Shown: positions 1 through 12,714, counted from the stretch's first letter. The stretch: DNA of 64,000 bases from Squalus acanthias (GCA_030390025.1 CM059432.1:91142001-91206000); one strand, 5' to 3'. Notes: a model not told the origin generated them from the letters alone. Translations and numbers: made by a program.

Positions 1-749
1 ACCCTGTGCCTCCGGGTCCATCCAGAAGGAGAGCGGTGCTGGGACTCCAGGAACAGATGCAGGAGTCTCTGGCAGTTTTTGTCTCCAGGGTCGCTGCGAG
101 TGTGGAGCGAATGGAGGAGTCCATCGCGAACATGAGCAGAACCTTTGTGGAGGCATTGGTGCATGAACACATCACCACGGAAAGGATGGCAACCTCCGTG
201 GAAAGAATGGCTACGATAGAGGAGAGGATGAGTGTTGAAAACATGGTCATTGTTCAGAATAGACTGACATCTCTTGAGGAGCGATGGTCAGCTATTGAGC
301 ATAGAAACCAGATCTTCATGGAAGTCCTCTGGAGTAGGGCTTCCAGTGCAGAAACGAGTCCTCATGGCCCCCCTGAAGTGCAGCAAGGTGCTGTCAAGCC
401 ACTTGCTAGCTCTGAAGTGGGGCTGACCCATGAGAGGGATGTTGGTGGCAGACAACAAGGAAGTGGGGGCTCCTCTCCAAGCGCTCACATGACCATGCCA
501 CTGTAAAGCCCTCGGTCAGAGCCCCACCAGAGTCCTCACCCAACTGAGATGGGCGTCTCAGCCCCTGCACATCCGCAGGAGCAGCAGACTGTTGCCGAGC
601 CCTCATAGGCACGCAACCCCAGAGGACGCCCACCAAAGGTGTTGAGCCAGGAGCAGCAAGAAAGTGAGCAAGAGGCCTTCACATCTGCTGAAGCCACAGG
701 GGAAGCACCACGTAGGAGCACGCATAAGAGGAAGATAAAGCACAAGTAG
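1..749 (+). pseudogene. Last exon of the Harbinger Myb/SANT accessory gene, disrupted
   Basis: Translation matches ORF 37137..38201 (PGPSRRR..LQEQ..ERMATSVERMAT..KRKIKHK). Premature stops at 504-506 and 606-608. Confidence 0.85.
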
Positions 750-1007
750 TCACAAGGGTACTCCCTTGGATGTTCTGTTGTATTGTTTTTTGACAAGCCA
801 TCCTTGTAATGTGATGATAAACAGATTTGATGGCAAACTGTTGAAGTTGTGGCCTGTGTCATCTCGCAAATGGGACTTCCACATTGAGGGCTTAGGGCGA
901 CTTGCAATTGTCAGTATGGTGGTCAGAGTGATAGGAATCCGCAGGTTCTTGTCCATTGTCGATGCTCTGGTAAGAAGGTGCGAGGCAAAAGTGTTTGATT
1001 GTGCAGG

Positions 1008-1234
1008 CTTAGCAAATCTGGCCAACATGAGTGCGTCCCTTGCATCCTGGGCAGCAATGTGGTCGTGCGCTGGCGCCTTCTGGCCTGTGCAGCTTCAGGT
1101 GGGTGAGCAGCAGCTTGGTGCGCCTGTTGTTGCTGCTACTGTTGGTGCTGCTGTTGTTCATGGTTCTGCTGCTGCCGCGGCTGGTCTTCGTCCAAATCTG
1201 ATGTCCAGGAGGAAAGGAAATAAATGGTTCCCAT
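1008..1234 (-). pseudogene. Harbinger transposase stub: N-terminus fused out of frame to the extreme C-terminus
   Basis: ATGGGAACCATTTATTTCC matches the start at 35561. Joins at GCCAGCGCACGACC to the DARDALxLARF-coding tail seen at about 36750-36790. Confidence 0.85.
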
Positions 1235-2399
1235 GCTTCTGATATATGCCTCAGTTGAGGAAGTGCTCAGTCAAGGTGGGAAGAGGGGTTTCCCAGGAGG
1301 TCACACTGGAGATGGGTGTCAGGCTTCAAACTTCCACAACAGTGAGTATGCCTGCTAAAAGTTCCCCCAGACCTAAGACAACAAAGTTCTGCCACCTGCA
1401 AATGATCATTGGTGAAAACTCCTTTTTAATGGTGGAGTTGCAGCTGTTAGTAAGCAGTCCACTTGTGAGGCTGCCAGGATTAACTGGCGTGTTCCAGAGG
1501 AGATGTGCAGGATGGGGGAAATGTGTTAAAATCAGAAAGGCCTCTCAAAATGGGATTATAGAGGCAATTAATTGGTTGTTAAGAGCCTTAAGGGCCTATC
1601 CCACCTCTTGGAGGCAGAATGGAAACGGGTCTGAAACCCCGATTCTGGGAAAATTGCTCGGAGGCGGGCTGGAGGCAGGATTGGAGCCGCCCACCATTTT
1701 TTGTGATTTTAACACCTCACATGCCTCCAATCCCGCCTCCTCGGGCCTGGCAAAATCGAGCCCATCCTGTCAGCTCAACTCCTGTTTACACCAGACTCCA
1801 AGATGACACAGATATTTGTGCCAAGATCTGGACATAAGATAGACCATGGAACAGCTTTAAACATATAACTGTGGGTGCATTAGCATGGAGTAATAGGAAA
1901 CGTGAGGTCTACATGCACCTTTAAAGTGACCACCACAGGCCACCAACAAAAAAGTAAGTTTGTTAAAAATACTTATCTAAATATGGTGCTGGGTAGAGCA
2001 AGAGTAAAAGCAAAAGTACTGCTGTGGCCCACTCATTGAAACCGTGGGCCGCTGCCAGCCACCGCCGACACCACCCGCCTTGATTGCCACAACCACCCTC
2101 CCCGACGCCAGCCACCACTACCCTCCCCGATCCCGGCCACTGCTAACCTCCCTCCCCGTGGACTCCCCTCTCGATCTCTCCTTCTCCCGATCGCCTCCTC
2201 CCAGATGCGCCTTCTCCGGATACCCTTGAAGAAATTACGCAGTGGCTCAATCTTCATGGCCTCTTCTCCGGCAATGCCTATTATTAGGTGGCCACAGCTC
2301 ACCGGTTCAACAACATCGAAGTCCGAGACCCAATATTTGGTGTCCCTCAGGTCTATTAATTAATGGAACATGGATTATTCCCAGAGCCCCCTGTGTGCC

Positions 2400-3000
2400 T
2401 GTTTATTTCCACCTCTGTAATATTGCTGTTCTCTGCCCTTTCCTCAGCCCATCTGCTGCTGAAACCCTCATCCATGCTTTTGTTATCTCCAGACTCGACT
2501 ACTCCAATGCTCTTCTGGCCAGCCTCCCATTTTCCATCCTCTGTAAACTTGAGCTCATCCATAACTCTGCTGCCTGTATCCTAACTCGCACCAAGACTCA
2601 TTCACCCATCACCCTGTGATCACTGACTGACATTGGCTTCCAGTACAGCAATGCCTCGAATATAAAATTCTCATCGTTGTGTTCAAATCCCTCCATGGCC
2701 ACGCCCCTCCACATCTCTGTAACCTCCTCCAGCCCTACAACCCTCCGAGAATACTGCGCTCCTCCAATTCTGGCCTCTTGTACATCCCGGATTTCCTTCG
2801 CCCCTCCATTGGCAGCCATTCCTTCAGTTGTCTAGGCCCTAAGCTCTGGAATTTCCACTCTCGCCTCCTTAAGACGCTTCTTAAAACCTACCTCTTTGAC
2901 CAAGCTTTTGGTCACCTGTCCTAATATCTCCTTATGTGGCTCAGTGCCAAATTTTGTTTGATAATGCTCCTGTGCAGCACCTTGGGACACTTACTACGTC
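2400..3000 (+). mobile_element. L2 LINE 3' fragment; its tail resumes at about 6885-6913
   Basis: Encodes AETLIHAFVISRLDYSNALL and LKTYLFDQAF. Homologous to 49175-50183. The missing ATACAAG(TTG)n tail is found after the 3001-6884 insertion. Confidence 0.85.
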
Positions 3001-3717
3001 GGTACCTTAGCATAGGCTGGGAAGGCTGGTTTCGGCAAAAAAAAACGGCTGACTCGCTTCTTCCCACTTCTGGCACGTCCTGCGGCGGCCACCATTTTGA
3101 GTAGGTCGGTAGCACGGCCGTTACCTGTGCTCGCTAGAAAAATGGTAATGATGCAGATCGTGATGTCAGTCAGTGTGCAACGCTGACTTTACGCGCGACC
3201 TGCCATTTTCGACGCCGCCGCTCCATTCAACACCCTCTCCAAATCACGCACAGCTGAACGTCCGCTCAGCTGCACAAGGGACCCCCACCAGCGATATTGC
3301 TTTGACCGCTCGGAGGAGCCCTCCAGTACTCACCCGAGTGGGTGTCCCATTTCATGGTGGTCTGCTGTATCCTCCACAACTTGGCCATCATCAGGGCGCA
3401 GCTCCTGCCACCACAGTTTCCGCGACCACCTCAGGAGGAGGCGGAGGAGGGAGGAGGGAGGTAGCAGATCCCCATTCTGGACAGGCTGTCCGTGAATGCC
3501 TCATCAGAATCCAGTTCACCTGAATGAAACCCCAGATCCCCGTTGCTCACCACTTTCCCACCTTACCATCCCTCTGTCACGGAACATCACAGCGTCTTCT
3601 TGGGCACAAAGCTGTAATGAAATCAACCACAAAACAAATATTTCAAACATAATTTATAAATGAATCAATGCAGAACTACACAACAATGTCAGCTAATCAC
3701 CCTTGTGCATGTCCTGT

Positions 3718-4563
3718 GGGCTGGATTTTGTCAATGGGGGTGTGTTGGGGGCGGGACTGCTGGTTTTTGGGTTTCAGTCCTGCCCCCAATGACGTCTGAC
3801 CAACCCACGCTATTTTCCCTTGATTGACCTTGTTAAGCCCGCCCTGCGGGCTTACCAGCCAATTAAGGGAAAGCCGGTGACAGAGGACGTCAGCGTATGA
3901 CGTTTCATCTGTCGAAATTTTTTTGACAGATGAATTGTCAGCATTTGGCAGCTTTGAGAAGCTGTCAAACACTGACAATCTCTGTTCTAAGGTGAGCCCT
4001 TGCACAGAAGGCTCACCAAAACCTCTCTCCTCAGCAGAAAGCAGATGGCTGCTACATCTAAGAATGCAGCAGCCATTCTGTCATCTCTGCCGTTGAGATG
4101 AGGCACCTCCGGATCCTCAAAGGTTGAAGCCTGCAGGAAGAAGCAAAGGTAAGGAAACTTTTTCCAACACTTTACACTCACCTCTCATACTTACCTGTCC
4201 ACACTTGCACCCATCACTCACTTCTACAGCGGACATTTCGATCTCTCTCAACCCCGCAGACCCACTGCTTGCCTCGCTGAACCTGGCGAGGTTCGCAACA
4301 GTCGGGAAGCCCGCACTTGCAGGGGTAAAATGGGGATAAGCCTCAAAACTGCCTGTTAATTACCTGTTAACAGGCAGTTAATTGGCTCTAATTCCCTTCC
4401 CGCCTGGAGAAGACGGGTCCCAGCGTGAGTCAGGGACCCGCCTCCCGGGAAGATGGCATGGAGGCAGGTTGGCAGCGGGGTCGGTACCCGCTCCCAGTTT
4501 CTGCCATTTTCCCGGCAGTCCCGCCTCCATACCCACCTCCCCAGTGCTGGGAAAATTCCCCCC
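3718..4563. mobile_element. Harbinger-type MITE (family H, hairpin-rich), nested in the family B element
   Basis: GGGCTGGATTTT ... AAAATTCCCCCC with flanks TGT/TGA. Colinear with 19329-22849 and 61880-62722. Confidence 0.85.
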
Positions 4564-5726
4564 TGAGTGTCTGTCTTTCGTGTGCCTTTGCCTACTCTAG
4601 TGCTACTAAGCAGTGCTACCCCAGTGGCTGCAGCTTGGCTGGTGGAAGGCTGCTGACTTTCTGTGGGGAAGATGGCCTAGCAGGACAACCTTGAGCAGCT
4701 CTGAGCCTAGAAGGCCCGGCTGTGGACTGCACCACTTCGGCAAGGGCAGCAGCAGTCTGGGCTGGCTGGCTGACAGGCAACAGCAATGGCACTGGCGGAG
4801 TGACAGGGGTGGGAATAGGAATGCTGTCATCCTGAGAGATGGAGCCACTGTCACTCCACCAGGGTGGCTCCTCAGCATTCCTAGCCATTGCACCGAACAT
4901 TTCTGTGTGTATGCCCATCACCCTTCTTCTGAAGGCCGCCCCGCCGAGGTCATCATCTGAGTCCTGTGCAGTAGAATTCGTGCATGAACTCGTCCTCCGG
5001 GGAGCTGGCACCTGAGCTACCCTTTCCCCTTGTCCTGGCTGCAGCCCATTCGTGCCCGGTGACTCACCACGTGCAGATCCCACCTCCATACTACCCTCTA
5101 AAGTACGCGCAATGCCGTTTTCTGAGCTGGTATCTGGGAGTGTCAGATCGAGTGACAGTGCCTCTTCTTCTCCATCACTCTCCTCCTCTACAACATTGGG
5201 GACAGGCTGGGCTGGTGGCAGTTCTTGGGTATCTGAAAGGAGAAATGTAAAAGGGTCAGGTTTTGGTGAGGGGTGGGGGGAAGCAAGATATGCATGCTTA
5301 CACCATCAGCAGCTTGTAAGTGAGAAGAGATTGCGGGATGAGGGGGAAGTAGGATGTGAGAAGAAGGATTAGGTATGAGCATACCATCATCAGCAATGCT
5401 TTCAACCTTGCCGCTCGCCACGGACTCAGTGATGGTCTCTCCAATGATCTCCAGCTCTGTCTCCCCAGCTCAGTGAGATTCTGAAAATGGGCCTCCCCAT
5501 CACCCGTCTGCTGCTGCTCACATGTGTTGTGAGCCACCTTGGCCTGCAAGAGAAAGGGAGGTGTGTCAGTGAATGTGGTGCAATGTGTTTGGGTGATGTG
5601 CCTGCATTGGTTGAATAGCTGGCAGTTTATGCAAGGGCTGAGATGTGGGTGTGAGTCTTGTAGCAGTGGTATGTGTCTGAGGGTGAGGTGAGGCTATGAT
5701 TGTGAGGTAGGAGTCATGATTGCTAG

Positions 5727-6535
5727 GGACTGTTGATATGTGAGCCCCCTGTGGGTGGGGACTGTTGATATGTGAGCCCCCTGTGGGTGGGGATTGTTGA
5801 TATGTGAGCCCCCTGTGGGTGGGGTCTGTTGATATGTGAACCCCCTGTGGGTGGGGACTGTTGATATGTGAGCCCCCTGTGGGTGGGGATTGTTGATATG
5901 TGAGCCCCCTGTGGGTGGGCATTGTTGATATGTGAACCCCCTGTGGGTGGGGACTGTTGATATGTGAGCCCCCTGTGGGTGGGGATTGTTGATATGTGAA
6001 CCCCCTGTGGGTGGGGATTGTTGATATGTGAGCCCCCTGTGGGTGGGCATTGTTGATATGTGAACCCCCTGTGGGTGGGGACTGTTGATATGTGAACCCC
6101 CTGTGGGTGGGGATTGTTGATATGTGAGCCCCCTGTGGGTGGGCATTGTTGATATGTGAGCCCCCTGTGGGTGGGCATTGTTGATATGTGAACCCCCTGT
6201 GGGTGGGGATTGTTGATATGTGAGCCCCCCTGTGGGTGGGGACTGTTGATATGTGAGCCCCCTGTGGGTGGGGACTGTTGATATGTGAGCCCCCTGTGGG
6301 TGGGGACTGTTGATATGTGACCCCCCCCTGTGGGTGGGGACTGTTGATATGTGAGCCCCCTGTGGGTGGGGATTGTTGATGTGTGAGCCCCCTGTGGGTG
6401 GGGATTGTTGATATGTGAGCCCCCTGTGGGTGGGGATTGTTGATATGTGAGCCACCTGTGGGTGGGGACTGTTGATATGTGAGCCCCCCTGTGGGTGGGG
6501 TCTGTTGATATGTGAGCCCCCTGTGGGTGGGGGAC
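5727..6535. repeat. Minisatellite, about 25 copies of a 31-34 bp unit (ACTGTTGATATGTGAGCCCCCTGTGGGTGGGG)
   Basis: Head-to-tail tandem units starting at 5729, 5761, 5793, 5825 and onward, with no spacers. Confidence 0.97.
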
Positions 6536-7915
6536 CTATCCTGTTCTGTGCACCCTCAGGACCAAGGCCACCAGTGCCACATCGGAGAATTTCTTTGCCC
6601 TCTCTCTTCCCTTTTGAGCCATGGCTTGAAAGTGACAATGAGGTGCTTCTGCAACAAAGCACCTCCCCTTTAATAGTGCAGAGAGCCTAGGCCAAATTTT
6701 ATTGGCCCCCCTCATGAGCACTAAGCCAACTAGCAGCACGTTTAGCGCTGAGCTCAGCGCTCCAATCATGTAAATGAGCAGGCAGCACAATTTTTGCGTG
6801 CTTCCTGCACCACCTTGAACGGATGCGGGCAGATCACTCTTCAAGCTCCCCGCGCCCGTTTTTGAACATAATCGAATTTCACTCTATATAAAATACAAGT
6901 TGTTGTTGTTGTTTATGGGTGCGAACAAATTTTTACCCCATAATACTTCAGTATAAATGCCTTGAAATCTACTTTCAAATTTTTGAAGAAGTACAAAATG
7001 AGTAATGGAAATTTTATAGAAGCATTTGGGAGGTGGAGTAAGCAATTCATTGGATTGAATTCCTCTCTCATAGGCTTTCTTGATTCCAGAATTCCCAGTG
7101 TGGAGGATAAAAATATTTGTAGGGATTGTTGACTCTGTTGAAAATAGCTGCTATTGAGTTTTTGGATGTCAGTTTGGAAACCAATGAATAATAGCCTTAT
7201 GCTGGTGTGTGGTATTCACGAGTATGTGTGAAAATGGCTGGTTATTTAACAGCACCTTTCACAACGATACAGATTATAGCATAACTTAAAAGCTAAACTT
7301 AATTGGGAGGATAAGAAGCAAGCTCTTAGGTAATTTCAGGAGTTCTAAATGATTGACATGGGTACATTTATCTTGTGAGAACCGTATCTTCTGAGATAAA
7401 TCATTCCTGACTCCATCTTTGAGTATTTATCTCAAGAAAAAGTGACTGAAGTGGAAGGAGGAATAAATGTGGAAGCAAATAGTCTAGATTGCGAACCTAC
7501 CATTGCACATCTCTCTTTGCACCTTGGAGAAATAGTTGGAGGAATCAATTATTAAATATCTTGCAAGGAAGGATGAGGCATGCTTGAAGCTGTCTATAAA
7601 ACAGATGTACCGCGGGTCTGGCAGTATATTAAAGAGATTACAGCTGAAAACAAGAAGGGTTCTGGAGAAGGTTAACTGTAAGCTTGATTTGAGGGAATCT
7701 AGGAGGAATCTTCAAAATGTCAACTCTGGGATAAAAGAAGGAATTAAATTATTCTCATTGGACAGAAAGCAAAGCAGAAAGGAGTTGAGTGCTTACTTTA
7801 ATATGAAGGAAAATAGTAGCAAGAAATGAAAGACCAAATGGGGAGATGGAGATTCAAGACTCTCGACAGGGTAGCTCATATGAAAGGGAACATTACAATT
7901 GTCTTTAGATTTATG

Positions 7916-8522
7916 GGGCTAAAAATTGAGTTGAGGCTTTTAGCGCCTTGGAAAAATTAGCACCCCCGTGCCGGAAATTAAGTGGTTGCGCCCCAAGAGG
8001 GGTGCTACTGGAAGTGCTCCGCATCCCTCTTGGGGCGCTGCGAGTTGCTGCGGCACGTCATGCTGCGGTATTGCAGGCCTTCCTCCCCAGCTGGGCCCCT
8101 GGATATCGGGAGTGCCGGCAAAAGAGCTCGGCACTCAAGAGAAGTGCCGGGCTCTTGGAGTGCACTCCGCGGGGGGGGGGTTCGTTCAGGTGGCTGGGGA
8201 TGGGAGCGCAGCCAGCAACAAAAATGGCCGCCCCGCACCTCGCCTTTAAATTGTGCCTCCCCGGCCGCAGGTAGGCCCCCCTGACCCCGTCGGACATAGC
8301 GTCAGGGGGCGCTCCCGAAGTTCGCGGCCGGGGCGCGAGTGGGGCACTGCGCACCACAATGACGTAATTGCCGGTGGCGCAGCGTCGCAGGGCGCTACCG
8401 GTTAGCACCGCTGCTAACCTCCCACTGAATTTCACGGGAGGCGTGGGCGGCACCGCGCCCGGGCGCTCGTTGTTTTGCGCCTTGTTAGCACCCTCTTAGG
8501 CAAAGCAACCCAATTTTCCCCC
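7916..8522. mobile_element. GC-rich Harbinger-type MITE
   Basis: GGGCTAAAAATTG ... CAATTTTCCCCC with an ATG/ATG TSD. Related to 40273-41014. Confidence 0.8.
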
Positions 8523-9129
8523 ATGGTGATTTGAAAAAGCATGATTTTTATTTAGTAAAAAAATGTTGTTTTCTAGTTAAATCTAAAGACTTTCTGAAAG
8601 TTGCTTAGTAAATCATTGTTAAGATCTTTCTTGGCCAGTGATTTCCTCTGGCATAGTTGTCCACAATAGAATCTTATGAAAAGGAATTTATTTAATATCC
8701 AAATAGAGCATAAGTTAAAATCACCTTTGGCATGGATTACGTCATCTAGCGGAAGAACCATAGAAGTTTGACAACATTTTATAGTTGACATTGTTTCCTT
8801 CTGCCATAGAGTTTGGGTTTAGCTGAATGATTTGCTGGTACATTAAAACCAGAGGTTCTCCAAGATCTAATCCAAACACGGTGTAGTACATGATTGCTTT
8901 CTTAGATCCCTCAGTGACTCATTGGGTAAATTCATTACCAAATGTAATACTGAGCCATGCAGATGAGGAAGGTACAAGGTAGACTTTACTTTAGTTGATC
9001 TTAGCAGTGCACAGATCATAGATTGGAACAGATCTCATTGTGCAACCAATTCCTCCGTCTCATGGTCAGCTTCATCTTGTTCTTTTGCTCGTTGCTGCCT
9101 TTCGTCTCCTGACTGCTGTAAAATTAGGA

Positions 9130-10475
9130 CCCTTTACAGGGCAACGTTGTAAAAGACACATCAAGTAACAATAATCTTGGAGACCTTATCTGAATACTTC
9201 CCTGATCTGCTGCTTGAGGATGTCAAAAGGACGCTCCACATGACCCTTTTGGAAGCATGGGCCGCATTGTACTTCTTAGGTCTTGAGTGATGCAGTGATA
9301 TCATGAGCCACAGTCCCCCAACAACCAATCCCGTAGTCTTCTTGGCCCTTCAAATGATACTCTCACTGTTGACTGATGCAGGATAATGAATCATGGGAGC
9401 TGCCAGATTGATGTGCATTGTTCTGTTCTTGTGGTCGCAGAACACTTGGACATTCATGAAATAGTAGCTCTTTCTATGCATGAATGGAGTTACATGGGGT
9501 GGGGGCGCAAATGGCTAAATGAGTTCAGTCCATTAAGTCCCGCACTTATGGGAATCCTGCCAACCAGCTGAAGTAGCGGCGCTTTCTTGCTATTAGCTGG
9601 TTTTCAGAATAAAATTGATGAAATCACTGGCCCTGACAAACAATGGCCCAGATATTCCGATCCCTACGGGTGGGTACGGGCTGTGTACCCACCCGTAGGG
9701 ACATTGGAAATTCCGGTTTCAGGCATGCACAGCGCATGCGCTGAAAACCGGCATTTCCGATCTGTCAAGAATGCTTTTGACAGATCCTCCGGCTGCCCTG
9801 GAGAAGGGCCTCTGCGGGCGGATAGTTCCGCTTTTTGGAGACCCTCCGCCCGCAGAAAACACTTACAATTCTTATGCCTGGTAAAAGCAAGCGTAAGGCC
9901 TGCGTTTACCAGGATAAGAGTTCAAAAAAGTAAAAAAAAAAAAATTTCACTGATTTATCATTTAAAAATACTTTAAAAAAAGGTAAGTTTATTGTTAGCC
10001 CCGTAAAAAACTTTAATTAATTTTTTCAAAAACTAAAATTTTTGTTTAAAATACTTAATTTATTGTAATTTCAAGTCATTTTAAAAATGTGTTTTAAAAA
10101 AAATGTATTTAAAGTTTTGCTATGTTTTTTCATTGATCGCCATTCATATATTTGACAGGTCTTCCTGTCAAATGTATGAAGGGAGATTCCCTTCTTTGAT
10201 TGGCTCCCCATGGCCCACGTGATCCCAGGGACACTGCGAACTACCTGCGCCTCTGGGATACGTGGGCCCTGCACACTTGGAGTTTGGAGAGGCCCAGGAG
10301 CGGAAGCGTGTGCGTCCCGAGAGCCCTCAGGTAAGGGCGCAGATTTTTCCAGATTGCAGGCCTGCGATCGGAAAATACGGGCCAATACATCTGTGAGTGA
10401 TGTTCTTGATGCAATTGTGCACTGCCAATTTGGAGATGTGGCAGAGATCTCCCGCACTCACTTGGAAGGAGCTTG
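9130..10475 (-). pseudogene. Old Harbinger (HARBI1-like, DDE_Tnp_4) transposase fossil split by a MITE
   Basis: Minus-strand remnants in the correct order: FQVSAGDLCHISKLAVHNCIK, LFVRASDFI, RKSYYFMNVQV, GSSHDS, WLLGD, KYNAAH, KVSKIIVT. Many frameshifts. Confidence 0.8.
9645..10383. mobile_element. Harbinger-type MITE (GGCCC-TIR family G)
   Basis: GGCCCAGATATTCCGATC ... GATCGGAAAATACGGGCC with an AAT/AAT TSD. AT-rich centre. Related to 16926 and 53312. Confidence 0.9.
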
Positions 10476-10494
10476 TTAGTGGTGCACACATCAT

Positions 10495-12257
10495 GGGGGA
10501 AAGGTTCCTGCACGCCAAAATTTGTGCACAGTGTTACCGGCGAATCAAGTTAACAGTTGCCAAAAATGTTGAAAAATTGGCTCTGGAGGTTGGCGATGTG
10601 GAGCGCAGCGCTAACTTACCGTGCAATGCCCTCCTGGTGTCGTTAATGGAGACCTCCGACTCAAAGTTCCCATCCACAGTTGGCGTTGCTGCTTCTTACA
10701 GGTCGGAGCGAGGCTGTGGAATTCGCAAGGCATTGTGGGCAATTAACAAGGCTATGAATTAAAGGGGCAATGCATTCAGAACTAATAAAAATTAAAATCA
10801 ATTGAAAAAAATGCATTTTCAGCCCTTCCTTCCATTCAAAATAAACAAACATTAAAAATAATTCCCAAATGGCAGATTGCAGCTCTTAAAGCTGAATTGT
10901 CTTCCACACCTAAAAAAATGGTAAGTGCTTCAGCACCAACACAAATGGCTCAGCAAGCCAGGGAAGGGGCACCCAGGGTCTTGCACGCAGCACTCCAGCT
11001 TTGTGCAGGGGGTCAACACTGTAAGAGAGGGGCTAGGAGGCCCTCCAGAAAGAATGATGTGGGACCACATCACCAAGACCATCACTGCCAGCAGTGTTGC
11101 CCCCACCACCTGACTCCAGTGCCCAAAGAAGCTTCATGAACTCAGACCACTGGTCGAGGTCAGTGAATGCATCTTCAAAAGCCATCTCCTACCAACTGCA
11201 TCACTAACCTCATCCACTGCTCAATGCACATCTCCCCCCACCCCATCACTCACCTACCAACAATCTGTACCAAACACAAGGCACACCTCCCATTCCGAGC
11301 TTAAACTCACCTCCTTGGAGGAGACGGTGGAGGCCACTCATGGCAGGGGCATGGCTGAGGCCTTGGCCAGCGGCCAGGCAGAAAGGATACAAGATGCTGG
11401 TATCCTCATAAATTATCCTCCTTCTCGCATGCACCTCTTGCTTTCCCACCCTCCCCCTCACCACAACTCCACCCTTGTGCCTTCCTCATTTCACACACAC
11501 AAGAAATGCAGCCTGCCCAGCCAATAGCTGGCGAAGAAGAGGAAGAGGAGAGTGAAGAAGAAGAAACACCATCACTCGATTTGTCACTCCCAGCCACCAG
11601 CTCCTCATGCACCCAAGAAATGTAGCCTGCCCAGCCAGTGAATGACCAAGAAGAGGAAGAAGAGAGTGAACAAGAAGAAGAAGAAGATTGATTTGACACT
11701 CCCAGCCACTAGCTTCTCAAGGACAACCAGCAAGGCCATTTGCAGTGTCCCCCACTGAGAGTCAGCAGCCTTCCACCAGCCATGCTGCAGCCATTGGGGT
11801 AGCACTGCATGACATCAGTAGGATAGGCAAAGGCATACACAAGACAGTCACTAAGAGAATGCATAATTGTGACGAGTTGTTTTCTTGATGTCATATTGGA
11901 TGGATAGATGTAAAAAGTTGGATTGGAAAGTTTGCTTTGTGGTGGCTTTTATTTCAGCATTGTGGCCAAGATGACGCTGTGATGGTCAGTAACAGAGGGA
12001 AGGTAAGGTGTGGGACAAATGTTGAAAGGGGAATTGGGGTTTTGGTCCCTGGGAACGCAGGCAGATGATTCCATCCCAGATATCCCAGCCACAAAGGGGT
12101 TGTCTGGGATGCATCCTTCAGTCTGCTTCCTCCTTTCAATCTGGGTGGCTGCGGCCGGGAAACGGAGACAAAAATTGGTAATCGGGTCCTGCCGTTAAAT
12201 TTGGCAGGATCTAAGGGAAACCCGTTCCCTCCATGCCTCCGAGATAAAATTGGGGCC
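10495..12257 (+). mobile_element. Degraded Harbinger derivative with Myb-gene remnant
   Basis: MAQQAREGAPR ... WDHITKTITASSVAPTT*LQCPKKLHEL followed by a GTCAGT donor (about 10946-11165). Homologous to 14080-14700 and 4580-5550. Ends uncertain. Confidence 0.65.
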
Positions 12258-12714
12258 ATTGTCTTTTTACAGACTTTGACTCCCACTAGGGTCACTCTGC
12301 CTAGACCCTTATTCTAGTTTGGGGCCTTCAGAAGGCTTCATAGGGACTCATGTTGGGGCTGAACAGGTGTGAGTTCTGCTGAGGGCTTTCTAGTGTATAA
12401 TGGAGGAATTTCCTGAGAATCCCTTGGAACTTTCCCCGACATGGCCCTTGGCATGGGAGTGAGTGGGCTCTCTGTCCATGCCCTGCCTCCCAACTACAAT
12501 TTAAAGGTTTGGATTAAACAGATCAGAATCCCAGAGGAGCTGGATAGTGGCTCATGCTCCCTCTCACCCCCTCCCCACCAGCTGGAAATGGAACTTAGGC
12601 CTTCTCCTTCTTCAGGACTTTCAGGGCTAGTGGAGTTGCTAAGAGATGTAGTAAGAACATCAATGTAGCTTTAACAACAAGAAGCCAATGAAACACAACA
12701 GGCTATCCTTGCAG

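Larger units (their letters stand above)
1..1763. mobile_element. Non-autonomous PIF/Harbinger deletion derivative (family A); other end lies outside the window
   Basis: Ends in the TIR AAAATCGAGCCC (1752-1763). Reverse-complement homolog of 19612-22297 and 35034-39332. Carries the Myb-gene last exon and an internally deleted transposase. Confidence 0.9.
3001..6884. mobile_element. Degraded Harbinger (family B) inserted in the L2 tail
   Basis: Transposase C-terminus on + (about 3298-3523: DRS.GALQYSPE.VSHFMVVCCILHNLAI). Myb-gene remnants on - (4580-5550; MAQKGRERAKKFSD near 6620). Right end is homologous to the left end of 13800-15884. Left TIR not visible. Confidence 0.75.

Noticed and set aside
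5727..6535. CRISPR-like array, and the 322/151/118-aa repetitive ORFs over it
   Set aside because: Units are contiguous with no unique spacers and there are no cas genes. The ORFs arise because the unit lacks minus-strand stops.
7916..8522. CpG-island promoter with many overlapping ORFs (also 40273-41014)
   Set aside because: The GC-rich DNA is bounded by TIRs and a TSD, and the ORFs reflect stop-codon scarcity.
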